Notes: generated by a model not told the origin, from the letters alone. A stretch of 64,000 bases of DNA from Akkermansia sp. (GCA_045531695.1 JAZSEM010000053.1:1307-65306); one strand, 5' to 3'. Positions 38,744 through 48,310 are shown, counted from the stretch's first letter. A program made the numbers and translations.

Positions 38744-40144
38744 TCAGATGGCTTCCGAGTCTTCCTCTTCTTCGGTTTCGAGGTCTTCTTCATCGATTTC
38801 ATCCTCCGAATCCTCTACTTCCTCGTCATTACTCTCGGGCTCTTCCTCATATTCCTCTTCATCGTACACCTCTTCGTCATCGGTGTCTTCATTGTCCTCA
38901 TCTGCCTCATCGGTCGTGGTGGGTGAGTAATTGCCGACACCGGCGGAACGGAGCTTGTCGCAGAGCATTTGCCAACGGGTGCGGATGTCCGGTCCCTCGA
39001 TGCAGCAGGAGTTTTCGGGCATGCCGTCCGAGCGCTCGAAGTCTGTGCGGCTCTGCATTATCTGCAGCGGGGTGCGGCGGGTGGATTCGGTGGTGAGGTT
39101 CGGGTCGGCACCGGCGGCAAGCAGGAGGTTCAGTCGCTCCTCATAGCGAGAGGTTTCGATTGCTTCTGCTGCGACGCCCCACAATCCTTCCGCAAGGGCC
39201 TGCAGGGGGGTACGCTTGCCGGAGTTGTCGTTCACATTGACCATTTGATGGGCTAAGACGTACTCGACTAGGGGCATGCCCTCGGGGGCTTCGAGCATTT
39301 CACAGAAATCATCTGTGCTCACCTTTTTGCCGTGTTCGAGTGCCCAGAGCCAAACCTGCGGTTCTTCGCGGGCCTGTAGGGCAATATTGAGGGAAAGGGG
39401 GACCATTTTTTTACTGCGGTTGAGGTCGGCTCCGTGGCTGATGAGGAAATCGAGCATCTCGCGGCGTTGCTCCCAGGGGATAAGCCGACTGTTGATAAAC
39501 ATGCCGTTGAGCAGGGGGGAGAGCATACATTCTATTTCCCTGCCGTCGTAGGTCATCATGACATTCGGGTCTGCGCCGTGGCTGATAAGGGCTCTCAGGG
39601 CAGGGAAGTCACCGAGCTGAGCCGCGAGCAGGGCGGGCGTGGTTTTATCTCCGCCCGGGGTGGATATGAGCTCAGCCGGGTCGCCTTTGCCGGTGGCGGC
39701 GATTTCGTGCAGGGCGGCATCAATAGGGGCAATTTGCAGCTTCATGAACACAGCAGCGGTCAGGCGTGTGGCAAGCCCGGCGGGTTCTTTCGGCGTGGCC
39801 TTGCTCTCATCTGTCCATTCATCCGTTGCTTCGTCGTCGTATTCGTTCTCCTCGGTGGGCTCCTCGTTGGCGATTTCGTCGAGGGTGTCTTCCATCGCAT
39901 CATACACGAGCCCCATGTCGTCGGCCAATTGGGTGTGCAGGTAACGCTCAAACTGTGTGAGGGCGGCTCGTTCTTCGGCTGTCCAACTCTCATGGAAACT
40001 CATGCCGCCGTGCCATTGCCAGCCGTATAGCCACCAGGCACCCCCGGAGAGGGTAAGCAGAAACAGGGTAAACATGCTGCCCATGAACCAGGCAGCGATA
40101 CGCCACCATCGGCGGCGGGATTTCGGTGTATCGGGGGGTGTCAT
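38744..40144 (-). CDS. Membrane-anchored ankyrin-like paralog 3 with highly acidic C-terminal tail
   Basis: RRRWW plus TM helix, FHESWTAEERAALT, GADPN and RTPLQ segments. Start 40144 overlaps the upstream stop (ATGA). Confidence 0.8.
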   Translation of the reverse strand: MTPPDTPKSRRRWWRIAAWFMGSMFTLFLLTLSGGAWWLYGWQWHGGMSFHESWTAEERAALTQFERYLHTQLADDMGLVYDAMEDTLDEIANEEPTEENEYDDEATDEWTDESKATPKEPAGLATRLTAAVFMKLQIAPIDAALHEIAATGKGDPAELISTPGGDKTTPALLAAQLGDFPALRALISHGADPNVMMTYDGREIECMLSPLLNGMFINSRLIPWEQRREMLDFLISHGADLNRSKKMVPLSLNIALQAREEPQVWLWALEHGKKVSTDDFCEMLEAPEGMPLVEYVLAHQMVNVNDNSGKRTPLQALAEGLWGVAAEAIETSRYEERLNLLLAAGADPNLTTESTRRTPLQIMQSRTDFERSDGMPENSCCIEGPDIRTRWQMLCDKLRSAGVGNYSPTTTDEADEDNEDTDDEEVYDEEEYEEEPESNDEEVEDSEDEIDEEDLETEEEEDSEAI

Positions 40145-41298
40145 AACGATTTTTGCTGAAGTTTGTTGCACATGCGCCGCCAGATGGTGCGGGCATCGTC
40201 TCCCTCACCCCCGCAGTCGGTGCCATCCATACCACAGGTGGCGAAGTTGCGCTTGTCGAGCAGGATGTCGAGCGGTAAACGGCTCTCGCAGGAGTCATAC
40301 TTATCTTTCGGTTGCGGGCGCAGGGATGGATTAGCACCATGGGCCAGCAGTAGGTCGAGCACTTGCTCCAGTTCGGGCATTTCTTCCTCATCGGCATAGC
40401 TTATTCTTTTAGCCAGTGCCTGCAGGGGTGTTTCGTTGTCGTCGGTCGCGTTGGCTACGCCGGGGGTACTGCGAAGCATTGCTTCGAAGAGCGGGAGGGA
40501 GAACTCTTTCTGTGTCGTCAGACTCATAATTAACTCCTTCCCTGTTACCTTTTTACCGTGTTCCAGAGCCCAGAACCAGGGTTCCGTTTCACCACTCAGG
40601 AGCGCCAGAGTGCAGTTTATGCCGACGATATATCCATGGGCGTTGATGTCGAATCCTTTAGATATCAGGTACTCGGCAGCTTCCCGGCGTTCGTTCCAGG
40701 AAGGTTTGAGTGTTTTGTTGAAAGAGTAACCGGAGAGTATATCGGAGATGGGGGTGCTTATTTGGTTATCGTCGGCAGGTCGCTCGCCAGCCGGGACCGG
40801 CTCGTGAGTGAGGCAGGCATTTGGGTCCGCGCCATGCTCAATGAGTGCTTTCATGGCATCGAAGTGAGCTGTTATCGAGGCGATGATGACCGGGGTGCAA
40901 CCATACTTTTGCATAAACTCGAAGGCTGGTTGATTGGCATTGCCGCTTTCGGCAATGTGTGCCAACTGCTGACAAACGGGAGCACAGTTGGCTCGGGTCA
41001 TGCAAGCTCGGGCGATATCATGGTTCAGGCCTTTTTCGTCGTGGAACTCCTGTTTTACGTACTCTGCGACGTCGGTCACATGTCTGTCATGCAGGTAGTT
41101 GTTGAACTCGGTCAGGGCGGCGCGCTCTTCGGCGCTCCAGCTCTCGTGAAATGTCAGCTCGCTGCGCCATTGCCAGCCCCACAGCCACCACGCGGCTCCG
41201 GCAAGTGTGAGCAGAAGCAGAGCTGAGATGCTGCACATCAGCCATGCGGCTGTGCGCCACCAACGTCGGCGTGGTTTTGGGGTATCAATCATGGTCAT
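40141..41298 (-). CDS. Membrane-anchored ankyrin-like paralog 2
   Basis: RRRWW plus TM helix, FHESWSAEERAALT, HGADPN, WFWALEHGKKV and ETPLQAL. Confidence 0.8.
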   Translation of the reverse strand: MTMIDTPKPRRRWWRTAAWLMCSISALLLLTLAGAAWWLWGWQWRSELTFHESWSAEERAALTEFNNYLHDRHVTDVAEYVKQEFHDEKGLNHDIARACMTRANCAPVCQQLAHIAESGNANQPAFEFMQKYGCTPVIIASITAHFDAMKALIEHGADPNACLTHEPVPAGERPADDNQISTPISDILSGYSFNKTLKPSWNERREAAEYLISKGFDINAHGYIVGINCTLALLSGETEPWFWALEHGKKVTGKELIMSLTTQKEFSLPLFEAMLRSTPGVANATDDNETPLQALAKRISYADEEEMPELEQVLDLLLAHGANPSLRPQPKDKYDSCESRLPLDILLDKRNFATCGMDGTDCGGEGDDARTIWRRMCNKLQQKSL

Positions 41299-42310
41299 TC
41301 GAGTGTTGAAGTTTGTTTAACATGCGAGTGAGTATTTCTGCCACCTCGGCAGGTAGGTCCGGCTCGCTGAGCCTGCGGCGCAGGGTGGCGATGGTTATGG
41401 CTTCGACCCTTGCTCCGGCTGTCAGGAGAAGGGAAAGTTTACTCTCCGCTTCCAGTTCCTGCAACTCATCGGTATAGTCACAGCATGTGGCAGCGTAAAT
41501 CAGAGCCTGTAATGGTGTACGGTAGCCGCCATCATCATTGACATTTACCCGCTTTTCGCGAATGACTCTCTCGGCCAGGCTGTAGCCACCGGGGCAGGTC
41601 ATCATGGTATCCAAGCAGGCGGGGGTAACTTGTCGCCCATGGTCGAGCGCCCAGTGCCAAGGCTCGGTTTCATGCCCGATTTGCAGAGAGAGTTGAAGAG
41701 CAATGAGCACAGCTTCTCCCTCGGGGTTCAGCTCAGCACCCTGACTGAGCAGGAACTCAACGGTGGCTTTACGCTCTTTCCATGGAAGTTTACGCCCATT
41801 GATACAGACACCGTTGAGCACTTCTGTAAAGGGAGTGGAGTACATGTCGTCGCTTTCCTGCCCATTCACATCTGCCCCGTGCGCTACCAGAGCGCGTACT
41901 GCCGACAGGTAACCGGTCTGAGCTGCTAATATAGACGCGCGAATTGTTGAGTCTGTCGGTTCTTTGACGGTTCCGTTTGTCGCGCTGGCCGCAAGCTGTT
42001 TCAGGATGGGAGTGATTTCTTGCCTGATTTTTTCGTGGAAAGTCGATTCTCTGAGTTGCTCACTCTCGCCCTGAACAGCCTGACTGAATTCCGGAGCATG
42101 GGAGCGGATGGCCTCGAGCGTGGCAGCATGGCGTATCCACATATCGCTGTGAAAATCCTGCATGAGGTAACGGTGGAACTCTGTGAGGGCGGCTCGCTCT
42201 TCGGGACTCCAGCTTTCATGGAATCGAAGTTCTGTATCTTGCTTTTCGCACCCCGAGGATAAAGGGATGAAAAGTAAGAGCAGGATGAATGCTTTGATGA
42301 ATCGTAGCAT
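41285..42310 (-). CDS. Ankyrin-like paralog 1 (probable lipoprotein)
   Basis: LSSG-C lipobox-like signal, FHESWSPEERAALT, HGADVN, WHWALDHGRQV and RTPLQAL. Start 42310 (alternative 42334). Confidence 0.75.
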   Translation of the reverse strand: MLRFIKAFILLLLFIPLSSGCEKQDTELRFHESWSPEERAALTEFHRYLMQDFHSDMWIRHAATLEAIRSHAPEFSQAVQGESEQLRESTFHEKIRQEITPILKQLAASATNGTVKEPTDSTIRASILAAQTGYLSAVRALVAHGADVNGQESDDMYSTPFTEVLNGVCINGRKLPWKERKATVEFLLSQGAELNPEGEAVLIALQLSLQIGHETEPWHWALDHGRQVTPACLDTMMTCPGGYSLAERVIREKRVNVNDDGGYRTPLQALIYAATCCDYTDELQELEAESKLSLLLTAGARVEAITIATLRRRLSEPDLPAEVAEILTRMLNKLQHSNDHD

Positions 42311-42411
42311 AGAGGTGATGGGAATGGTTGGCACTTATTTAACCACATTCTGCGCAGGATGCAAGAATAAAAGTTTTTGAGCTTGTGTGGATTGTTGCGT
42401 GTCACAGTTGC

Positions 42412-42624
42412 ATGGACCGAGAAAAGATTCAGGAAGCCGAAGAAGGAGTGCGGCATTGGCTGGCCGATGGCCACCACCGCAGGTGTTGTAAGTTGGCTCT
42501 GGGCATTGCCAATGGGGTGATGCTGCTGGGCCTGACGGCAGGCATGGCCATGCTGTGCCTGATGGAGCTGCGCAAGGCGCGCTGCTGCCACAATCATTGT
42601 CACAAGACGGACGCAGAGAAGTGA
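42412..42624 (+). CDS. Small single-TM protein with Cys/His clusters
   Basis: 70 aa starting MDREKIQ, with a hydrophobic core flanked by HHRRCC and CCHNHCH, followed by a hairpin (42631-42670). Confidence 0.5.
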   Translation: MDREKIQEAEEGVRHWLADGHHRRCCKLALGIANGVMLLGLTAGMAMLCLMELRKARCCHNHCHKTDAEK

Positions 42625-42687
42625 TAATGAACCGCGCGCGCAGCCGGGGGAACCTGACTGCGCGCGCGGAAAAGCGCTTGCTCTCTA

Positions 42688-43794
42688 TCAGTGCAGCTGA
42701 TTGCCGTGAAGCTCCAGACAGATGCGGTTGACGTGTACGCCGTCGCGCACATCCACATCCTCGTACTCCTCCACACAGGTGCAGAAGGAGTAAATCTTGG
42801 CTTTCACCTCGGCCGGCATCTTCTCGAGTACGGGACCGGTGGAGGTGGGCATCAGGATTTCCATGTCGAGCGTACCGTTCTTCTCGGAGTATCGGTAGTA
42901 CAGGTGCACGTCGCCGTAACCGAGCGGGATGTGCTGCAGCATTTCCTCGGCCAGAGTCATGGCGTGCTGCACGGTCTGCTCGGAGAGGAAGTACTTGTTG
43001 CAGAACTGCTGGAACTCGGCCTCGAGGGCGTAGATGTCGAAGTCCTCGCTCTGTACCACATAGTGGAAGTCGCGGATGCGGTTCACAAACACACGGGTGC
43101 GCTCGCGCTGCGGGTTGTCGAAAATCTCCTCGGGTGTGCCCTGTTCGTAAATGACGCCCTGGTCCATGTAGAGCACACGGGTGCTCACATTGCGGGCGAA
43201 GGACATCTCGTGCGTCACAATGACCATGGTCATGCCCTGCTTGGCCAGAGCACGGATTACGGAGAGTACCTCGCTCACCATCGTGGGGTCGAGGGCCGAG
43301 GTCGGCTCGTCGAAGAGGATGATTTCGGGGTTCATGGACAGGCAGCGGGCAATGGCTGCACGCTGTTTCTGACCGCCGGAAAGCTCGGAGGGCATGGAGC
43401 GGGCTTTCTCCTTCATACCCACCATCTTCAGCAGTTTCAGGCCGCGCTGGGCTGCCTCGATTTTGCTCTTGCCCAGCAGCTTAACGGGGCCTATGCATAC
43501 GTTCTCGAGCACGCTGAGGTGGTCGAACAGGTTGAAGGACTGGAACACCATGCCCATCTTGCGGCGCAGTTTGGGGGCGTCGACTTTCTCATCTGACAGC
43601 AGCTCTTCGCCATCCACGACGATACTGCCGCTTGTCGGTTCCTCCAGCAGGTTCAGGCAGCGCAGGAAGGTGCTCTTGCCGGTGCCGGACGGCCCGATGA
43701 TGGAGATGACCTCGCCGCGTTTGATGTCAATGTTGACATCGTGCAGCACGGTCAGGTTACCGAAGGTTTTCTTGAGGTTACGGATCTGAATCAT
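42688..43794 (-). CDS. Polar amino-acid ABC transporter ATP-binding protein (GlnQ-like) with C-terminal extension
   Basis: [26 protein letters not shown] and VTHEM motifs, plus ~125 extra residues. Confidence 0.92.
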   Translation of the reverse strand: MIQIRNLKKTFGNLTVLHDVNIDIKRGEVISIIGPSGTGKSTFLRCLNLLEEPTSGSIVVDGEELLSDEKVDAPKLRRKMGMVFQSFNLFDHLSVLENVCIGPVKLLGKSKIEAAQRGLKLLKMVGMKEKARSMPSELSGGQKQRAAIARCLSMNPEIILFDEPTSALDPTMVSEVLSVIRALAKQGMTMVIVTHEMSFARNVSTRVLYMDQGVIYEQGTPEEIFDNPQRERTRVFVNRIRDFHYVVQSEDFDIYALEAEFQQFCNKYFLSEQTVQHAMTLAEEMLQHIPLGYGDVHLYYRYSEKNGTLDMEILMPTSTGPVLEKMPAEVKAKIYSFCTCVEEYEDVDVRDGVHVNRICLELHGNQLH

Positions 43795-43815
43795 GACTGT
43801 GTGTTGCGGTCGGGG

Positions 43816-46167
43816 TTAACGAATGTTGCGGCTGGCACGGTCGAGTACGAAGGTGAACAACCAGGCAATAAGGAAGTAAAGAATGGCCACCATCAGCAGC
43901 GGGAAGAAGGGATCGAAGGTACGGGCGCGAATGATATCGGTCATCTTGGTCAGGTCGGCAATGGCAATGTAACCCACTACCGAGGTATTCTTAATGAGCG
44001 AAATAACTTCGCCCTTGTAAACGGGTAATACTCGTTTGATGGCCTGCGGCAGCACGATGTAGTAGAACGAGTGGAAGGGGGAGAAGCCCATGGCAATACC
44101 GGCCTCGCTTTGTCCGCGGTCAATGCTGGTGATGGAGCTGCGGAACATTTCGCTCACGTAGGCACCGAAGTTCAGGCTGAAGGTGATGATGGCCACATAC
44201 AGAGCCTCGACCTGCGTGCCGGCAAAGGCTACGTAGTACATGAGCATGAGCAGAATCAGGATGGGCGTGCCGCGCATGATGTCGATGTACACGCGGGCAA
44301 ACCACTGCCAGAACTTGCTGTGGCTCATGCGCAGGTAGCACACGGCGGCTCCCACCAGAGTACCGAACAGGGTGGAGAAGAAGGCGATGGCAAAGGTGGC
44401 CTTCAGACCGTCCCAGATGAGCATGTAGCGGCTCTCGGCTATAATATTGCGGTAGAAGCTGTCTCTGATGCTGCCCACAATACCCTGCGCGGCTTTGGTA
44501 ACGGCAGAGGGCTCGCCCTTCAGGTCAACGTCCTTGCGGGTGGCAATCACGGAAATGCTGGTGTAGTACGGGTCGGAGAACAGCACGCTCTCGCCACGCT
44601 CGGCGGTGATGAGGAAACCCGAGGAGGCAATCTCCACCTGACCGGCGGCCACGGCAGTCAGCAGGCCGTAGTAGTCGATGTTCTTGATTTCAACGGGGCG
44701 CCCGATGTGCTCGGCAAAGCGGTAAATGAGCTCGGCGTCCATGCCCACGATTTCCTCGCCACGCATGAAGACGATAGGCTCGGTGCAGGGCTCCATGCCC
44801 ACAATGATGGGCTTGCCCTCGGTGGGGATATTGAACTTGGGCATTTGGGCGGTTTCGGTATGGCGAATCCACTTGTTGCAGATAGCTTCCAGCTCGCCGC
44901 TCTCGCGCAGCCCGCTCAGGAACTCGTTGAATTGCTTGCAGAGTTCCTTGCCCTCGGGGGTATGGTTGAAGGCCATACCCATGAAGTTCTTGGGCAGGCT
45001 CGGGTCCTCGAACAGCAGAATGTTGGGCTTCTTGCGGGCCAGGGCGTAGCAGATAACATCGTCCATGATGGCGGCATCGCAAATGCCCTTCTCGAGAGCC
45101 AGCATCATGTCGGCTTCGAAGTTATGGCGCTGCAGCTCCAGCTGCGGGTAGGTCTCCATCAGGTAAATATCCTGCACGGTGCCCTGCGGTACGCCCAGTT
45201 TCTTACCCACCAGGTCTTTCACGGCGATGGTGCCGAGCTCAGGAATGTCGCTCTCCTCGGCCGGGGCTGCGGTGTCCTCGGTACGGGTGGCAATGATGGA
45301 ACGGCTCGTGTAGTACGGGTCAGAGAACAGCACACTCTCGCCACGCTCGGCGGTGATGAGGAAACCCGAGGAGGCAATCTCCACCTGCCCGGTGGCCACG
45401 GCAGTCAGCAGGCCATAGTAGTCGATGTTCTTGATTTCAACGGGGCGGCCGATGTGCTCGGCAAAGCGGTAAATAAGCTCGGCGTCCATCCCCACGATTT
45501 CCTCGCCGCGCATGAAGACGATAGGCTCGGTGCAGGGCTCCATGCCCACGATGATGGGCTTGCCCTCGGTGGGGATGTTGAACTTGGGCATTTCTGCCGT
45601 CTCGGTGTTCACAATCCACTTGTTGCAGATGGCCTCGAGCTCGCCGCTCTCGCGCAGTCCGCTCAGGAACTCATTGAACTGCCTGCAGAGTTCCTTGCCC
45701 TCGGGGCTGTGGTTGAAGGCCATGCCCATGAAGTTCTTGGGGAGGCTCGGGTCTTCGAAAAGCTGAATGTTGGGCTTCTTGCGGGCCAGGGCGTAGCAGA
45801 TAACGTCGTCCATGATGGCGGCGTCGCAAATCCCCTTTTCGAGAGCCAGCATCATGTCAGCCTCGAAATTGTGGCGCTGCAGCTCCAGCTGCGGGTAGGT
45901 CTCCATCAGGTAGATATCCTGCACGGTGCCCTGCGGTACCCCCAGTTTCTTACCCACCAGGTCTTTTACGGCAATGGTGCCCACGGCGGGTACCTCTGCG
46001 TCAGTAGTAGTCACCTCTGCACCGGCAGAGGGAGTGACCGCAGCTACGGCTGCGGCCTCGGACTGGTCGGGCGCGGCGGCTGCCGTGGTATCGGCACCGA
46101 TGGCGGTGCCCCACACAAGCGCCGGTATGGCCAGTATGGCTGCTATGAGGAGAGTGTGTTTCTTCAT
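43816..46167 (-). CDS. Polar amino-acid ABC transporter: two tandem substrate-binding domains fused to a permease (GlnP-like)
   Basis: Signal peptide, two SBP_bac_3-like domains 249 aa apart, then RGTP, SITSIDRGQSEA and IKNTS permease motifs. Confidence 0.92.
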   Translation of the reverse strand: MKKHTLLIAAILAIPALVWGTAIGADTTAAAAPDQSEAAAVAAVTPSAGAEVTTTDAEVPAVGTIAVKDLVGKKLGVPQGTVQDIYLMETYPQLELQRHNFEADMMLALEKGICDAAIMDDVICYALARKKPNIQLFEDPSLPKNFMGMAFNHSPEGKELCRQFNEFLSGLRESGELEAICNKWIVNTETAEMPKFNIPTEGKPIIVGMEPCTEPIVFMRGEEIVGMDAELIYRFAEHIGRPVEIKNIDYYGLLTAVATGQVEIASSGFLITAERGESVLFSDPYYTSRSIIATRTEDTAAPAEESDIPELGTIAVKDLVGKKLGVPQGTVQDIYLMETYPQLELQRHNFEADMMLALEKGICDAAIMDDVICYALARKKPNILLFEDPSLPKNFMGMAFNHTPEGKELCKQFNEFLSGLRESGELEAICNKWIRHTETAQMPKFNIPTEGKPIIVGMEPCTEPIVFMRGEEIVGMDAELIYRFAEHIGRPVEIKNIDYYGLLTAVAAGQVEIASSGFLITAERGESVLFSDPYYTSISVIATRKDVDLKGEPSAVTKAAQGIVGSIRDSFYRNIIAESRYMLIWDGLKATFAIAFFSTLFGTLVGAAVCYLRMSHSKFWQWFARVYIDIMRGTPILILLMLMYYVAFAGTQVEALYVAIITFSLNFGAYVSEMFRSSITSIDRGQSEAGIAMGFSPFHSFYYIVLPQAIKRVLPVYKGEVISLIKNTSVVGYIAIADLTKMTDIIRARTFDPFFPLLMVAILYFLIAWLFTFVLDRASRNIR

Positions 46168-46395
46168 TGTTCACCATGCGGGGGATTACCCGCGCGCGGA
46201 TTGTACCACAATCTAACCTGTTTTGGCAAGCTGAATGTCAGATAGATGCAACTTTTTTTGTTGATGGAGCTTATTTGCGTTACGCTGAGTGAAAAACTGT
46301 TTGGCGGATGCTGGTCGCGAGCATTCGCCAATTGGTAATTCTGCGTAGCGAGTTGTTTTTAGGGAGGTGGAAAAGAGAACTGCCCCCTCCCTTGC

Positions 46396-46737
46396 TGGTA
46401 TTCCGCCTTTCGGCTGAATGTGCTTTTAGCTTCCATTGGCGTACGCCTCGCATTCCGCCACCCGCTCACGTCACAAATGCCTTTCGGCTGAATGTGCTTT
46501 TAGCTTCAGGTGATGTACGAGATAAAGGTGCAGCTCGAAACGCTGAGTCACAAATGCCTTTCGGCTGAATGTGCTTTTAGCTTGTGTCAAAAAGACTCTG
46601 GCAACCTGCAGCAATCTCACGTCACAAATGCCTTTCGGCTGAATGTGCTTTTAGCTTCGCATTCTCCCGTCGTAGGAGTTATGACCAGACTCAGCCGGAC
46701 GTCACAAATGCCTTTCGGCTGAATGTGCTTTTAGCTT
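46396..46737 (-). CRISPR. CRISPR array 1: 4 intact plus 1 truncated 37-nt repeats, 4 spacers (37, 40, 37, 43 nt)
   Basis: Repeat (+ strand) gtcacaaatgcctttcggctgaatgtgcttttagctt at 46470, 46547, 46621 and 46701. The left copy is degenerate (conserved 46405-46432) and an AT-rich leader lies to the right, so it is read on the - strand. Confidence 0.97.
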
Positions 46738-47100
46738 AGCTGAAAAAATGCGGGAAGTCAAGCATTCTTTGAAAAAAGAGGAATAATGAGTATAGCTGTG
46801 TTAGAAGTTGTAAGAGACTATATAATGAATGTATTAGAGGAGATAAGAGAGGGGTGAGTCTAAAAACTGATTTCAGTTCTGAGTACCCCAAAAATGGGGG
46901 GTGAAATCAGAAATGGGGGTAAAATGCGGTAAAATTACCGGAAATTGGTGAAAAATAGGTATTTTGGAACATGGGGAAATGGAGAAAATATATGCCAAAA
47001 TGGGGCAGATTGCTTATTTTTGACTAAAAATGGGCGTTTTTACTCAGAAAAACTGATTTCACCCCTGCTGAAAATGGCGTTTGGAACTGAAATCAGTTTT
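46738..47100. promoter_or_regulatory. CRISPR leader / divergent promoter region 1 with 48-bp inverted repeats
   Basis: Colinear with 58530-58892 at a constant offset of 11,792. Arms at 46863-46910 and 47053-47100. Confidence 0.8.
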
Positions 47101-47270
47101 GATTGAAAAATCATAAACAACTCGGGAGTCGGGGGAGTGTAATGTTCCGGAATGTTCCGGCAATGGAAAATCTGACAAAAATGTGTTTTAATACACATGT
47201 CATCGGACGTAAGTAAGAAATAAGCACACAACAGAAAATGAATAAATCAACATCACATAAATATCAAATC

Positions 47271-47732
47271 ATGCAAATCCGCAATACCATCAACGTCCTT
47301 TCCGCTATCCCCGCTCTGTACCGGAATAAGTTGCTGCCCTCCATCGAAGCGCTGCTGCAGAGCAAATGGGGGCGCATGGTAGGTGACCCTCAGTTCCGTG
47401 GTCAGCTTATTGATCTGGCTGAGTCGTGGCTGAACAAGCACAAGGAGAGCCCGCTGGCTGCCCATCTAATTCGCCTGCTGGAAATGCTGCGCCCGCTTCT
47501 TACCGACACTGAGCCGCTGAGCAAAACAAAGATGCTGGCTATAGCTGCCGCTGTGCTCTATGTGATAAGCACGCTGGATGTAGTTCCCGATTTCCTGCCG
47601 CTCATCGGCTGGCTGGATGACCTGGGAGTGATCGCGATGGTGCTGCGCCACGCACTGGGCGAGCGTGCGGGCGAGGCGCTCTCAGGAATAATCGGGAAAG
47701 TTCTTCCCCTTGCAACCACCCGCAAAGCATGA
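47271..47732 (+). CDS. YkvA/DUF1232-family membrane protein, copy 1 (long-tail type)
   Basis: AAVLYVISTLDVVPDFLPLIGWLDD motif. Likely start 47271 (ORF track gives 47238). Confidence 0.85.
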   Translation: MQIRNTINVLSAIPALYRNKLLPSIEALLQSKWGRMVGDPQFRGQLIDLAESWLNKHKESPLAAHLIRLLEMLRPLLTDTEPLSKTKMLAIAAAVLYVISTLDVVPDFLPLIGWLDDLGVIAMVLRHALGERAGEALSGIIGKVLPLATTRKA

Positions 47733-47818
47733 TTTAATACAGACATCACCAACCTCTCAATAAACATACTCAAACATATAAACAACAATCTATAAATCCC
47801 CAACTCACACACTATCAT

Positions 47819-48232
47819 ATGCAAATACAGAACACCATCAACGTTATTTCCACCATCCCTGCTCTGTACCAGAATAAGCTGCTGTCCTCCGTCGAAGCGC
47901 TGCTGCAGAGCAAATGGGGGCGCATGGTAGGTGACCCTCAGTTCCGTGGTCAGCTTATTGGCCTGGCCGAGGCGTGGCTGAACAAGCACAAGGAGAGCCC
48001 GCTGGCTGCACATCTCATTCGCCTGCTGGAAATGCTGCGCCCGCTGCTCACAAGCGAGGAGCCGCTGAGCAAGACAAAGATGCTGGCCATAGCCGCAGCA
48101 GTGCTCTACGTTATCTCTCCAATCGATTCGTTACCGGATATTCTTCCGGGTGTCGGTTGGCTGGATGATTTAGGTATCGTACTGCTGGTTCTGCGCTATG
48201 TCCTGGGAATTCCGGCAGCGGAAAAAAGTTGA
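47819..48232 (+). CDS. YkvA/DUF1232-family membrane protein, copy 2 (short-tail type)
   Basis: Canonical LYVISPIDSLPDILPGVGWLDD motif. Confidence 0.88.
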   Translation: MQIQNTINVISTIPALYQNKLLSSVEALLQSKWGRMVGDPQFRGQLIGLAEAWLNKHKESPLAAHLIRLLEMLRPLLTSEEPLSKTKMLAIAAAVLYVISPIDSLPDILPGVGWLDDLGIVLLVLRYVLGIPAAEKS

Positions 48233-48310
48233 ATGAGGTGTTACGTCCTTTCAACGGGATGTTTGAGGGGGCAAACACGGGCTTTCAATAATAGCTCATT
48301 TCAACAAATA

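Noticed and set aside
42691-43596. 301-aa + strand ORF
   Set aside because: Shadow of the ABC ATPase.
44071-46245. 724-aa + strand ORF with internal repeat
   Set aside because: Exact antisense of the ABC SBP-permease gene. Its repeat simply mirrors the SBP duplication.
46308-46722. Short ORFs containing repeated VTNAFRLNVLLA peptides (also 58044-58295)
   Set aside because: Translations of CRISPR repeats, not genes.
46863-47100. Inverted arms as ends of an IS or transposon carrying the cas genes
   Set aside because: No transposase or recombinase is in the window and no target-site duplication is visible. Retained only as a regulatory or recombination-site hypothesis.
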